From Isurus oxyrinchus (Eukaryota): DNA of 64,000 nucleotides. Location of the stretch: contig JANJGN010000010.1 in assembly GCA_026770705.1 (NCBI GenBank), positions 90,830,001 to 90,894,000 of the forward strand. The letters are read 5' to 3'. Shown here one piece after another: positions 37,230 to 47,785 of the stretch (position 1 is the first letter of the stretch; the number at the start of each line of letters is the position of its first letter). The notes under the pieces were generated by a model. That model saw only the letters and a list, made by a program, of their open reading frames with translations. It made no database searches and had not been told where the DNA came from. The translations under genes and the position numbers were made by a program.

Positions 37230-38880
37230 CTACAGCTGAGATGGAGGCAGCCTAGTAAGTACTGTGCTCCATTGCCTGAGATGAGATTGGCAGCTGTCCT
37301 CTGGTAGCCTGAGGTCTTTAGGGCTCCAGTCTTCTGAGGGTTTCCTGCACAGGTACAATTGCACCCTCTTCACCTCACCTGCTGGAGGCAATGGGGACAC
37401 TGGCACGGGGAAAAGCAGCAATACACCCTGGAGCGCCTTAAGATGATGCCCCAGGATGGCTTGCTGCAATCCTCAGTGTGCAATGGCACCTCCCTGACTC
37501 TAAGAGTGGAAGGGGCACCTCACCTAGCTACTGCTGTATAGACCCCACGCCAGGGAGGGTTAGGGTTAGGGTCTGAGCACATATCCAGCAGTCACTGAGT
37601 GTTCTGCTGAACTTAGCTCTCCATGGGGCAGGGATATCACTAACCTCTCCATGGTGGAAGCCATGTGCTCACATGCCAGAGCAATAACAGCACTCAGGTC
37701 CTGGATGAACTCCTCCACCTTTCACCCAAGGCTGCATATAGCACCTTTAGCAGATGTTTCCCTGTGTGTCTCTGCATCTCCATCAGGTTCCTTATGGCTG
37801 TTTCCAGAGGCACATGATCAGAACAGTGCTCAGCACGGGCCTGCTCTCCAGCAGTCTTCCGACTGTCAAGGACTTCGGTATACATTCCCTGTCAACTGTG
37901 GGGACATGTCTGGGATGTGCTCAGCAGATTATGGCCCCAGGTCTAATTGCAGATACATAACCAATGGGGGTGAGAGTCTCTGTGCTAGTGGAGTTTGCTG
38001 AGAATGATACGATGGTGCATCCTCTGAATGATCCATTTCATCATCCTCTGAAGTGAAGGTTGAGTTTGCTGCAGGCTGCTTTCGCCATCTGTTGTGACTG
38101 TGAGTACTTGAGATGGAAAACACAAAGAATTAGCTGATAGCTATTTACATTCCCTTTCTCCATCAACACATCACATTTGTATCCTGTCTGCCCAGTTCTG
38201 AACACCAGGCTGGAGACTTTCTCACTTTGACACCCTGAAACACTATCCTCTCCATCGGCACAAGATAGGCTACCACCTCCCTTGACAGTTCCGCAGCTTC
38301 TTCCTCTGGGGGATCAGGATTTTAATTGCTCAGACCTCCCTCCCTCTTCGTCCACTCCATAGTGTTATGTACTCTTTTTTTCCTGCAGGCAAAAGGAAGG
38401 ATTAAGTCGGACTTCAATGGGCTCCTAACCCCTTAATGTGCATGCAGGCCAATGACAGCTACTGTCAACTCCTAATCCACACACAGTCTCTCCTGCAACT
38501 GTTACAGCTTTCACAGTATGAACTGACTCCCACACATTCACCCATTTAGTTCCATATTTTACTAAGGCTGAGAACCTAATCTCCTGCCTGACATCTCTCT
38601 CCACTTTGACATTTATATTGCATGATGTCTTAATGAATGCCACTTTGTAGTGACTACACTGTGCCACTTACCCTTCCAAAGTGCAGGAGGTTGTTGACCT
38701 TTCTTCTGAACTGGACCGGTCTCGCTTGTGGACTTCATGGCTGCTACCCTCTGTTGCAACCTGCATCCAGGCCACCTCGGTCAGGCAGGAGGTCCTCCTT
38801 CTGCCATCACTGGGAAGCAGGATGTTCTCTTTTGCACTGACATGATGGGCTTCACCATCATTGTTGATAGCGATGTTCAT
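37230..38880 (-). pseudogene. Myb/SANT-like partner gene remnant of the second Harbinger
   Basis: ENILLPSDGRRR....EVAWMQVATEGSS in ORF 38668-38880, donor-like cttacc at ~38667, convergent with the transposase remnant. Confidence 0.62.
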
Positions 38881-39039
38881 TTCCCCTCCTCCTGTTGTTG
38901 TTTATTTGCCCACTACCTTTCATCACTGAATGTGACAGAATTGTGGAGCTTTGATTGATCTGTTGGTTGTGGGATCACTTAGTCCTATCTATTATGAGTT
39001 GCTTCCACGGATGCATATATTCCTTTCATGCTGCTTAAC

Positions 39040-39305
39040 CAGATTGACACCTAATTTGCAGGGATACCTGGTGTTTCTCCTGGCACATTGTCCTGCACTC
39101 CTCATTAAAAGAGAGTTGGTGTCCTGACTTGATGCTAATGATAGTGTGAGGGATATGCCCAGCCATAAAGTAATAGATGTGGTGGAATACAGTTCTGCTG
39201 CTGCTGATGGCCCACATCAGGCCCACATCAGGCCCACAGTGCCCTCTGGACGTTCAGTTCTAAACTTCTAGATCTGTTCTGAATCAATCCCATTTGGCAT
39301 GGTGG
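39040..39305 (-). mobile_element. LINE ORF2 fragment (CR1/L2-group, same family as 26608)
   Basis: Similar to 40270-40370 on the opposite strand (ctgtgggcc, cagcagcagaactgtattccacc). Confidence 0.6.
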
Positions 39306-40372
39306 TGATGGCACAGTGATAACGTTACCAGACGAGTAATCCAGAGGCCTGGGATGATGCTCTGCGGACATTGGTTCAAATTTCACCACGACAGCTGGCA
39401 GAATTTAAATTCAATTAATAAATCTGTAATTGTGACCATGAGTTGATTGTCGTAAAAGGATTAATACCCTTTAGGAAAGGAAATCTGCTGTTCTAATCTG
39501 GTCTTGCCTACATGTGAGTCCAGACCCACAGCAATGTGGCTGACTCTTAAGTGCCCTCTGAAATGGCTTAGCAAGCCACTCAGTTGTATCAGAACCAATC
39601 ACCTGGAAATGACAATGGTAAACTCAGCCTTGTCGACCCTGCAAAGACCTCCTTACTAATATTTGGGGGCTTATGCCAAAATTGGGAGAGCTGTCTCACA
39701 GACTAGACAAGTAACAGCCTGACATATTCATACTCATGGAATCATACCTTACAGATAATGTCCCAGACATCCCTGGGAATGTCCTGTACCACCAGAAATG
39801 GCTGCTCACTGGTGTATATAGTCAGGAGGGAGTTGCCCTGTGAGTTCTCAACATCAACTCTGGGCCCCATGAAGTCACATAGCATCAGGTCAAACATGGT
39901 CAAGGAAACCTGCTCATTACTACCTCAGCTGAAGAATCAGTACTCCTCCATGTTGAGCACCACTTTGGAGGAAGCACTGAGGGTGCAATGGTGCAGGATG
40001 TACTCTGAGTGGGGGACTTCAATGCTCATCACTGGCTTCGTAGCACCACTACTGACCGAGCTGGTCGAGTTCTGAAAGACATAGTTGCTAGACTGGGTCA
40101 GCGGCAGATGGTGAGGGAACCAACAAGAGGATAAAACATAGTTGATCTCGTCCTCACTAATCAGTGCAGCTCCTGCACCTGTCACAGGTGTTATCGGTAG
40201 GAGTGACCACTTCATAGTCCTTTTGGAGACAAAGTCCCACCTTCACATTAAGGATATCCTCCAATGTACCGTGCTAAATGGAATAGATTTTGAACAGTTG
40301 TAAAACTCAAAGCTGGGCACCCGTGAGGTGCTGTGGGCCACCAGCTGCAGCAAAATTTTATACAGCCACAAA
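39306..40372 (+). mobile_element. LINE 5' part: tRNA-like (Pol III) head followed by APE endonuclease
   Basis: tggcacagtga A-box-like and ggttcaaattt B-box-like sequences, then LTNIWGLMPKLGEL, PDIFILMESYL, VGDFNAHH, EPTRG, DLVLTN, IGRSDH motifs. Confidence 0.72.
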
Positions 40373-40375
40373 TTA

Positions 40376-40597
40376 GGGGAGGTGGTGGTATAGTGGTATT
40401 GTCACTGGACCAGTAATCTCAGAGACTAAGGGCAGTGTTCTGGGAACCTAGGTTCAAATCCTGCCACAGCAGAATTTGACTTCAATAAAAAAAAAATCTG
40501 GAATTAAAAGCCTGATGATGACCATGAAACAACTGTCAGACAAACCAATCTGGCTCATTAATGCCCTTTGGGGAAGGAAATTTACCATCCTTACCTA
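40376..40597 (+). mobile_element. tRNA-derived SINE/LINE head
   Basis: A box tggtatagtgg (~40387), B box ggttcaaatcc (40451), and core ggaaggaaattt.ccatccttacc shared with ~39470. Confidence 0.75.
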
Positions 40598-41125
40598 CCA
40601 CCTCTGATTGGTCTGTCCTGCTGATGAGACAGAATATGGCAATGGAGGAGTCTAGGATATCAGCTGTAAATTATGATTCAGTGAGTATGATTATGTTAAG
40701 TTGCTGCTCAACTAGTTTGTGGGCCAACTCTCCAATTTTGGCACAAGTCTCCAGATGTTAGTGAGGAAGACTTTGCAAGGTCATTGTTTCTGGTGCCTCA
40801 GCCAATGACGGGTTTTCTGTCTGGTTTTATTCTCATTGGATTTTCCCATAATGGTTTGGTAAGCTAACTGGCTTGCAAAGCCATTTATGGATCTGGAGTC
40901 ACATGTAGACTAGTCCAGAATGACCATTTTCTTCCTTAAAGATATTACTAAACTGGATGGATTTTTACAACAATCAAGTTTCATGATCATCATTACTAAG
41001 ACTAGATGTTTTCCCCCAAAATTTACCTAATTAAATTTAATTCCCACAGCTACCATGGTGAAATTTGAATATGTTTCCAGAGTCCAGGCCTTAGGGTTAC
41101 TAATCCAGTAAGATTACTATTATTC
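40598..41125 (-). mobile_element. Second tRNA-headed LINE 5' fragment
   Basis: Minus strand: head at ~41040-41125 (ttcaaatttcaccatgg), core at ~40860-40990, then LTNIWRLVPKLE-like endonuclease start at ~40765. Confidence 0.68.
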
Positions 41126-41169
41126 AACTGTTCCCAACCCTTTATTTTAAGGTTCCAACTAAGAGTGAG

Positions 41170-41292
41170 CCATATTTTATATTTAATCTGTGCTCTACCT
41201 GTCCTGATAGTGTTAGACGGGACAGTGTAGAGGGAAGTTTTATCTGTAACTAACCCGTGCTGCACCTGTCCTGAGAGTCTTTGATGGGACGA
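41170..41292. repeat. Two copies of a ~68-bp repeat (tgtgct..acctgtcctga.agt.tt.ga.gggac)
   Basis: acctgtcctga at ~41197 and ~41265. Confidence 0.6.
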
Positions 41293-41624
41293 ATGGCAAG
41301 ATAAGATTACTTGGATGACCCTTACAAAGCTATCAGCAACAGAATAAATTTTGTAAAAAGCTGGTGGATGCCCTTTATGCTGTAGACATTTTATCACCTG
41401 GTGCCTTTGTTGTTTGGGGACACTGCAGAATCACAGCTGGTGCATTTTCCTTCTTTCAGAGGCTTTCCTCTGTTTCTAACCTACTTGCTCTTGAAGTGTT
41501 AGATGCCATCATTGCTAATCTTTGTTTAATTTCCCCAAGCTAACCTTAGTTATAAAAGTATATATGCTATTAAAGGCTTTATCATACACCAGTAATGTTA
41601 TATATTTGATGATTTATTAAACAG

Positions 41625-41719
41625 GGGGTTACCCTCCCGACAAGTGCCATCTGCTGGTGGACGTGACCAGTATTTTTGGAAGGTGCCATAATTTAGTGGA
41701 TCCTGTGCCATTTGAAGAG
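41625..41719 (+). CDS. MUC6: Mucin exon F: (W)GYPPDKCHLLVDVTSIFGRCHNLVDPVPFEE (C8 domain, first half)
   Basis: aacAG acceptor, GTgaca donor, phase 1 to 0. C8 motif C..L......F..CH..VDP.PF. Confidence 0.88.
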
Positions 41720-41922
41720 GTGACAATATTCTTGCTTTTATTAGGACTCAGTACGGTTTTATAACTAATGGTTATAGATTAAATTAGAATGAGAACCGTA
41801 CCTTCAGCCACTGAGTGAGACAACTCCTTTAATTAGTAAGGGCAGCTGCTCATATACTTCAACAAAAACAGAATTACCTGGAAAAACTCAGTAGGTCTGG
41901 CAGCATCGGCGGAGGAGAAAAG

Positions 41923-41961
41923 AGTTGACGTTTCGAGTCCTCATGACCCTTCGACAGAACT
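41923..41961 (-). ncRNA. Minimal hammerhead ribozyme motif (core CUGUCGA)
   Basis: Reverse complement is agtt-ctgtcga-a-gggtc-atgag-gactc-gaaa-cgtc-aact. Confidence 0.65.
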
Positions 41962-42356
41962 TGATTTCGAGTCCAGGAAAGAGTTGAAATATAAGCTGGT
42001 TTAAGGTGTGTGGGGGGGGGGGGGAAAGAGAGAGAGAGAGAGACAGAGGTGCTTGTGTAGACAAACAAGCAGTGATAGAAGCAGATCATCAAAAGATGTC
42101 AGTAACAATGGTACCAAAGAACACATAGGTGTTAAAGTTAAAGTTGGTGATATTATCTAAACGAATGTGCTAATTAAGAATGGATGGTAGGGCACTCAAG
42201 GTACAGCTCTAGTGGGGGTGGGGGGAGCATAAAGGATTTTAAAATATTTAAAAATAATGGAAATAGGTGGGAAAAGAAAAATCTATAAAATTTATAGGGA
42301 AAAAAAAGGGGGAAAAAAGGGGGAAACAGAAAGGGGGTGGGGATGGGGGAGGGAGC

Positions 42357-43979
42357 TCACGACCTAAAGTTATTGAATTCAATATTCAGACCGGAAGGCT
42401 GTAAGGTGCCTAGTCGGAAGATGAGGTGTTGTTCCTCCAGTTTGCGTTGGGCTTCACTGGAACAATGCAGTAAGCCAAGGACAGACATGTGGGCAAGAGA
42501 GCAGGGTGGAGTGTTAAAATGGCAAGCCACAGGGAGGTTTGGGTCATTCTTGCGGACAGACCGCAGGTGTTCTGCAAAGCGGTCGCCCAGTTTACGTTTG
42601 GTCTCTCCAATGTAGAGGAGACCACATTGGGAGCAACGAATGCAGTAGACTAAGTTGGGTGAAATGCAAGTGAAATGCTGCTTCACTTGAAAGGAATGTT
42701 TGGGCCCTTGGACGGTGAGGAGAGAGGAAGTGAAGGGGCAGGTGTTACATCTTTTGCGTGGGCATGGGGTGGTGCCATAGGAGGGGGTTGAGGAGTAGGG
42801 GGTGATGGAGGAGTGGACCAGGGTGTCCCGGAGGGAGCGATCTCTACGGAATGCCGATAAGGGGGGTGAAGGGAAGATGTGTTTGGTGGTGGCATCATGC
42901 TGGAGTTGGCGGAAATGGCGGAGGATGATCCTTTGAATGCGGAGGCTGGTGGGGTGATAAGTGAGGACAAGGGGGACCCTATCATGTTTCTGGGAGGGAG
43001 GAGAAGGCGTGAGGGCGGATGCGCGGGAGATGGGCCGGACACGGTTGAGGGCCCTGTCAACGACCGTGGGTGGAAAACCTCGGTTAAGGAAGAAGGAGGA
43101 CATGTCAGAGGAACCGTTTTTGAAGGTAGCATCATCGGAACAGATGCGACGAAGGCGAAGGAACTGGGAGAATGGGATGGAGTCCTTACAGGAAGCGGGG
43201 TGTGAGGAGCTGTAGTCGAGGTAGCTGTGGGAGTCGGTGGGTTTGTAGTGGATATTGGTGGACAGTCTATCACCAGAGATTGAGACAGAGAGGTCAAGGA
43301 AGGGAAGGGAAGTGTCAGAGATGGACCACGTGAAAATGATGGAGGGGTGGAGATTGGAAGCAAAATTAATAAATTTTTCCAAGTCCCGACGAGAGCATGA
43401 AGCAGCACCGAAGTAATCATCGATGTACCGGAGAAAAAGTTGTGGAAGGGGGCCGGGGTAGGACTGCAACAAGGAATGTTCCACATATCCCATAAAGAGA
43501 CAGGCATAGCTGGGGCCCATGCGGGTACCCATAGCCACACCTTTTATTTGGAGAAAGTGAGAGGAGTTGAAGGAGAAATTGTTCAACGTGAGAACAAGTT
43601 CAGCCAGACGGAGGAGAGTAGTGGTGGATGGGGATTGTTCGGGCCTCTGTTCGAGGAAGAAGCTAAGGGCCCTCAGACCATCCTGGTGGGGGATGGAGGT
43701 GTAGAGGGATTGGACGTCCATGGTGAAGAGGAAGCGGTTGGAGCCAGGGAACTGGAAATTGTTGATGTGACGTAAGGTGTCAGAGGAATCACGGATGTAG
43801 GTGGGAAGGGACTGGACAAGGGGAGAGAGAAGGGAGTCAAGATAACGAGAAATGAGTTCTGTGGGGCAGGAGCAAGCTGAGACGATCGGTCTACCAGGGC
43901 AGTTCTGTTTGTGGATTTTGGGTAGGAGATAGAAGCGGGCCGTCCGAGGTTGGGCGACTATCAGGTTGGAAGCTGTGGA
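42357..43979 (-). CDS. Penelope reverse transcriptase + GIY-YIG endonuclease (N-terminally truncated, no stops)
   Basis: FYLLPKIHK..PGRPIVS, TMDVQSLYT, GVAMGTRMGP, LRYIDD, CKRCNTC-type motif, VYCIRCSQCGLLYIGET, RFAEH, PSGLN. The track's Met at 44033 is in flanking DNA. Confidence 0.93.
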   Translation of the reverse strand, partial: STASNLIVAQPRTARFYLLPKIHKQNCPGRPIVSACSCPTELISRYLDSLLSPLVQSLPTYIRDSSDTLRHINNFQFPGSNRFLFTMDVQSLYTSIPHQDGLRALSFFLEQRPEQSPSTTTLLRLAELVLTLNNFSFNSSHFLQIKGVAMGTRMGPSYACLFMGYVEHSLLQSYPGPLPQLFLRYIDDYFGAASCSRRDLEKFINFASNLHPSIIFTWSISDTSLPFLDLSVSISGDRLSTNIHYKPTDSHSYLDYSSSHPASCKDSIPFSQFLRLRRICSDDATFKNGSSDMSSFFLNRGFPPTVVDRALNRVRPISRASALTPSPPSQKHDRVPLVLTYHPTSLRIQRIILRHFRQLQHDATTKHIFPSPPLSAFRRDRSLRDTLVHSSITPYSSTPSYGTTPCPRKRCNTCPFTSSLLTVQGPKHSFQVKQHFTCISPNLVYCIRCSQCGLLYIGETKRKLGDRFAEHLRSVRKNDPNLPVACHFNTPPCSLAHMSVLGLLHCSSEAQRKLEEQHLIFRLGTLQPSGLNIEFNNFRS

Positions 43980-44350
43980 AGCTGTTGGAAGCTCATATAC
44001 TTCACTAATTGAGCATTTGCATTGCCGGTCCATCCCACTCCCAAAAATACTACCATATACCAGCCACTCAGACAGATATCAAGGCAACCCAAAACTGTGA
44101 CTCATCTGAAATTCACAACTCAGTTGGGATACAACTTGTTTGGGCATGTCAGTCTGAAATTTTTCAAATCTCCTCTATAGATTCAGGCCATGATTGTGGT
44201 GGCACATGGACCATTCTTATTCTGGTTTATTCATGTTGAAAATTTATTGCAGTGAATAGGTTCCCAAAAGCAAACCTTAAAATTATCTGTAATTAAATTT
44301 TTTTTAGAACTTGCTTGGTTTTAACTTTTGCTGTTTATATCCACCTTTAG

Positions 44351-44483
44351 AAATGTCAGTTTGAGATATGTAACTACAAAAGGAGCCAGGACTTTCTGTG
44401 TGAAGCTCTAGGGTCATATGCTCGTGCATGTGCAGCAAAGGGACTGCCCTTGAATGAATGGAGAAATACTGTGCATGGCTGCA
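44351..44483 (+). CDS. MUC6: Mucin exon G: KCQFEICNYKRSQDFLCEALGSYARACAAKGLPLNEWRNTVHGC (C8 domain, second half)
   Basis: cctttAG acceptor, GTaagt donor, phase 0 to 1. C8 motif C..+.C.....C.AL..YA.AC...G.....WR....C. Confidence 0.92.
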
Positions 44484-44531
44484 GTAAGTATACAGCAAAA
44501 AAAAAACATTCTCACAAGGGCCCAAGCAGCT

Positions 44532-47186
44532 TGTCAGTGACAGGGGGCATCCGGAGTGAGTCATTACTGACAGGTGTCCTAGGTGTCTGTCAGCACTGAC
44601 AGATGTGCTGGGGGCATGTCAGCACCGACAGGTGTCCTGGGAGTGTGTCAGCACTGACAGGTGTCCTGGAGGTGTGTCAACAGTGACAGGTGTCCTGGGG
44701 GTGTGTCAGCGCTGACAGGTGTCCCGGGGGTGTGTCAGCGCTGACAGGTGCCCTGGGGGTGTATCAGCAATGACAGATGTCCTGGGGGTGTGTCAGCGCT
44801 GACAGGTGTCGTGGGGGTGTGTCAGCACTGACAGGGGTCCTGAGGGTGTGTCAGCACTGACAGGGGTCCTGAGGGTGTGTCAGCACTGAGGTGTCCTGGG
44901 GGTGTGTCAGCACTGACAGGTGCCGCGGGGGTATGTCAGCACTGACATGTGTCCCAGGGATGTATCAGCACTGACAGGTGTCCTGGGGTGTGTCAGCCCT
45001 GACAGGTGTCCCGGGGGTGTGTCAGCAATGACAGGTGTCCTGGGGATGTGCCAACACTGACAGATGTCCCAGAGGTGTATCAGCAATGACAGGTGTCCTG
45101 GGGGTGTGTCAGCCTTGACAGCTGTCCCGGGGTTGTGTCAGCACTGACAGGTGTCCTGGGGGTGTGTCAAGCCTGACAAGTGTCCTGGGGGTGTATCGGC
45201 CCTGACAGGTGTCCCAAGGGTTTGTCAGCAATGACAGGAATCTTGGGGGTGTGCCAGCACTGAAAGGTGTCCTGGGAGTGTGTCAACACGGACAGTTGTC
45301 CCGGGGTTGTGTCAGCAGTGACAGGTGTCCTGGGGCTGTGTCAGCACTGACAGGTGCATTGGGGGTGTGTCAACACTGACATGTGTCCTGGGGGTGGGTC
45401 AGCAATGACAGGTGTGATGCGAGTGTGTCACCCCTATCAGGTGTCCTAGGGGTGTGTCAGCAATGACAGGTGTGTTGGGGGTGTGTCAGCACTGACAGGT
45501 GTCCTGGAGGCATGTCAGTACCGATAGGGGCCACCCGGAGTGAGTCAGTGCTGACAGGTGTCCTGGGGGTGTATCAATGCTGATAGGAGGGACCTGTAGT
45601 GAGTCAATGCTGACAGGTGTCCTGGGGGTGTGTCAGCGCTGACAGATGTCCCCAGGGTGTGTCAGCACTGGCAGGTGTGCTAGGGGTGTGTCAGTATTGA
45701 CAGGTGTCCTGGAGGTGTGTCAGCGCTGACAGGTGTCCTGGGGTTGTGTCAACACTGACAGATGTCCCAGGGGTGTATCAGCACTGACAGGTGTCCTGGG
45801 GGTGTGTCAGCCCTGACAGGTGTCCCGGGGGTGTGTCAGCAATGACAGGTGTCCTGGGGGTGTGTCAGCCCTGACAGATGTCCCAGGGTTGTGTCAGCAC
45901 TGACAGTTGTCCCAGGGTTGTGTCAGCAATGACAGGTGTCCTGGGAGTGTGTCAGCAATGACAGGTGCATTGGGGGTGTGTCAGCACTGACAGGTGTCCT
46001 GGGGCTGGGTCAGCAATGACAGGTGTCCTGGGGGTGGGTCAGCAATGACAGGTGTCCTGGGGGTGTGTCAGTGCTGACAGGTGTCCTGGGGGTTTGTCAG
46101 CACTAACAGGTGTCCTGGGGGTGTGTCAGCGCTGACAGGTGTCCTGGGGGTTTGTCAGGACTGACAGATGTCCTGGGGGTGTGTCAGCGCTGACAGGTGC
46201 CGCAGGGGTATGTCAGCAATGACAGGTGTGATGCGAGTGTGTCACCCCTGTCAGGTGTCCCGGGGGTGTGTCAGCAATGACAGGTGTGTTGGGGGTGTGT
46301 CAGCACTGACCGGTGTCCTGGAGGCATGTCAGTATTGATAGGGGGCACCCGGGGTGAGTCAGTGCTGACAGGTGTCCTGGGGGTGTATCAATGCTGATAG
46401 GAGGGACCTGGAGTGAGTCAATGCTGACAGGTGTCCTGGGGGTATGTCAGCACTGACAGATATCCTGGAGGTGTGTCAGCACTGACAAATGTCCCCAGGG
46501 TGTGTCAGCACTGGCAGGTGTGCTAGGGGTGTGTCAGCATTGACAGGTGTCCTGGAGGTGTGTCAGCACTGACAGGTGTCCCGGGGGTGTGTCAGCACTG
46601 ACAGGTGTCCTGGGAGTGTGTCAGCACTGACAGGTGTCCCGGGGATGTGTCAGCACTGGCAGGTGACCTGGGAGTGTGTCAGCACTGACAGGTGTTCTGG
46701 GAGTGTGTCAGCAATGACAGGTGTCCTGGGGGTGTGTCAGCACTGACAGGTGTCCTGGGAGTGTGTCAGCACTGACAGGTGTCCTGGGATGTGTCAGCTC
46801 TGACAGGTGTCCTGAGAGTGTGTCAGCACTGACTGGTGTCCTGGGGATGTGTCAGCACTGGCAGGTGTCCTGGGGATGTGTCAGCACTGACAGGTGTCCT
46901 GAGAGTGTGTCAGCACTGACAGGTGTCCTGAGAGTGTGTCAGCACTGACAGGTGTCCTGGGGATGAGTCAGCACTGACAGGTGTCCTGAGAATGTGTCAG
47001 CACTGACAGGTGTCCTGAGAGTGTGTCAGCACTGACTGGTGTCCTGGGGATGTGTCAGCACTGACAGGTGTCCTGAGGGTGTATCAGTGCTGATCGGCAG
47101 CACACGGAGTGAATCAATACTGAAAGGTGTCCCAAAGGTGTGTCAGCACTACCAGGTACCCTGGAGTTTGTCATTGCTCTCAGATG
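44532..47186. repeat. 29-bp tandem minisatellite (GTGTGTCAGCACTGACAGGTGTCCTGGGG) with palindromic core, about 90 units
   Basis: Period counted (44701 to 44730). A last partial unit resumes at 47434-47455 after the LTR insertion. Confidence 0.97.
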
Positions 47187-47428
47187 TGTAGTGTAAGGAT
47201 CTGACACACGTAGGGATAAAATGGGATGAGTACAGTACTGCCCACATGATGCACACTCAGGGTCAGTCTAGTGTTGGGCAGAGTTGTGTATACCAGCAAG
47301 CATGGAGCAGCTGCTGCTTTGTACCCTTTATTGTATATTTTTAAATAATTCTAGGAGTGAATAAAGATTTACCTATGACTACGGAAACTTCTTCAGATCT
47401 ACTGACCTTTAACCAGCATCCTACAACA
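47187..47428 (+). mobile_element. Solo LTR (242 bp)
   Basis: TG...CA termini (tgtagtgtaagg ... cctacaaca), 5-bp TSD agatg (47182-47186, 47429-47433), internal AATAAA at ~47360. Confidence 0.7.
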
Positions 47429-47467
47429 AGATGTTGCAGGAATGTGTCAGCACTCAGCAGTCAGATC

Positions 47468-47780
47468 TCAGCACTTGCCCAACCATTCTCCACAGGGGAG
47501 TACTTTGTACCTGTTTGGCAAAGGTCACCACACATCTTGTTGAGTCTCAATTGAATGCAGCAATGTACATCGTAACTGGAACTCTCCACTCAACATCCCT
47601 CCTATCCTCGCAAACATCACTCCCACATACATCTGCCGCCATTTGATGAAAACCCAGAAGCATCTATGCTACATCTCACTTACCACTCCATGTTAACCTG
47701 TTCAATCCACCTACTGCCTGACTTCCATATCAGTGCCTCATGTGGAGCAACCTTCCTGAGGCAAGATCTATAGACAGATA
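47468..47780 (+). mobile_element. Decayed Ingi/Vingi-like LINE RT C-terminal fragment
   Basis: AL...FSTGEYFVPVWQRSPH / LVESQLNAAMYIVTGTLHST resembles the STAEYCAPVW..S.H...VD..LN..MR.ITG.L..T motif. Confidence 0.55.
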
Positions 47781-47785
47781 TCGGA

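Larger units (their letters stand above)
41862..43990 (-). mobile_element. Young 5'-truncated Penelope-like retroelement
   Basis: Perfect 14-bp TSD gctcatatacttca at 41848-41861 and 43991-44004, uninterrupted ORF, 3' hammerhead and tail. Confidence 0.95.
10153..44483 (+). pseudogene. MUC6: MUC6-like gel-forming mucin, partial (7 exons, VWD + C8 region), probably disrupted
   Basis: Seven AG-bounded exons with compatible phases translate to a continuous VWD-C8 sequence collinear with MUC6 D2 as recalled (EGGSFVTSFD..YRFHGAC, SPKIPENG, GLCGNFNGD..DFRSSMGI, ICNY..LCEALGSYARAC). Frameshift in the second exon, and AT in place of the GT donor at 18799. Confidence 0.72.

Noticed and set aside
37557-37571. 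Interstitial telomeric repeat gggTTAGGGTTAGGG
   Set aside because: Only two units inside a decayed transposon, which is compatible with chance or slippage.
40376-40470. tRNA gene
   Set aside because: A and B boxes are present but widely spaced with no cloverleaf, and the sequence continues into a SINE/LINE core.
44532-47186. CRISPR-like array (29-bp palindromic repeats)
   Set aside because: No unique spacers, no cas genes, and the context is eukaryotic.
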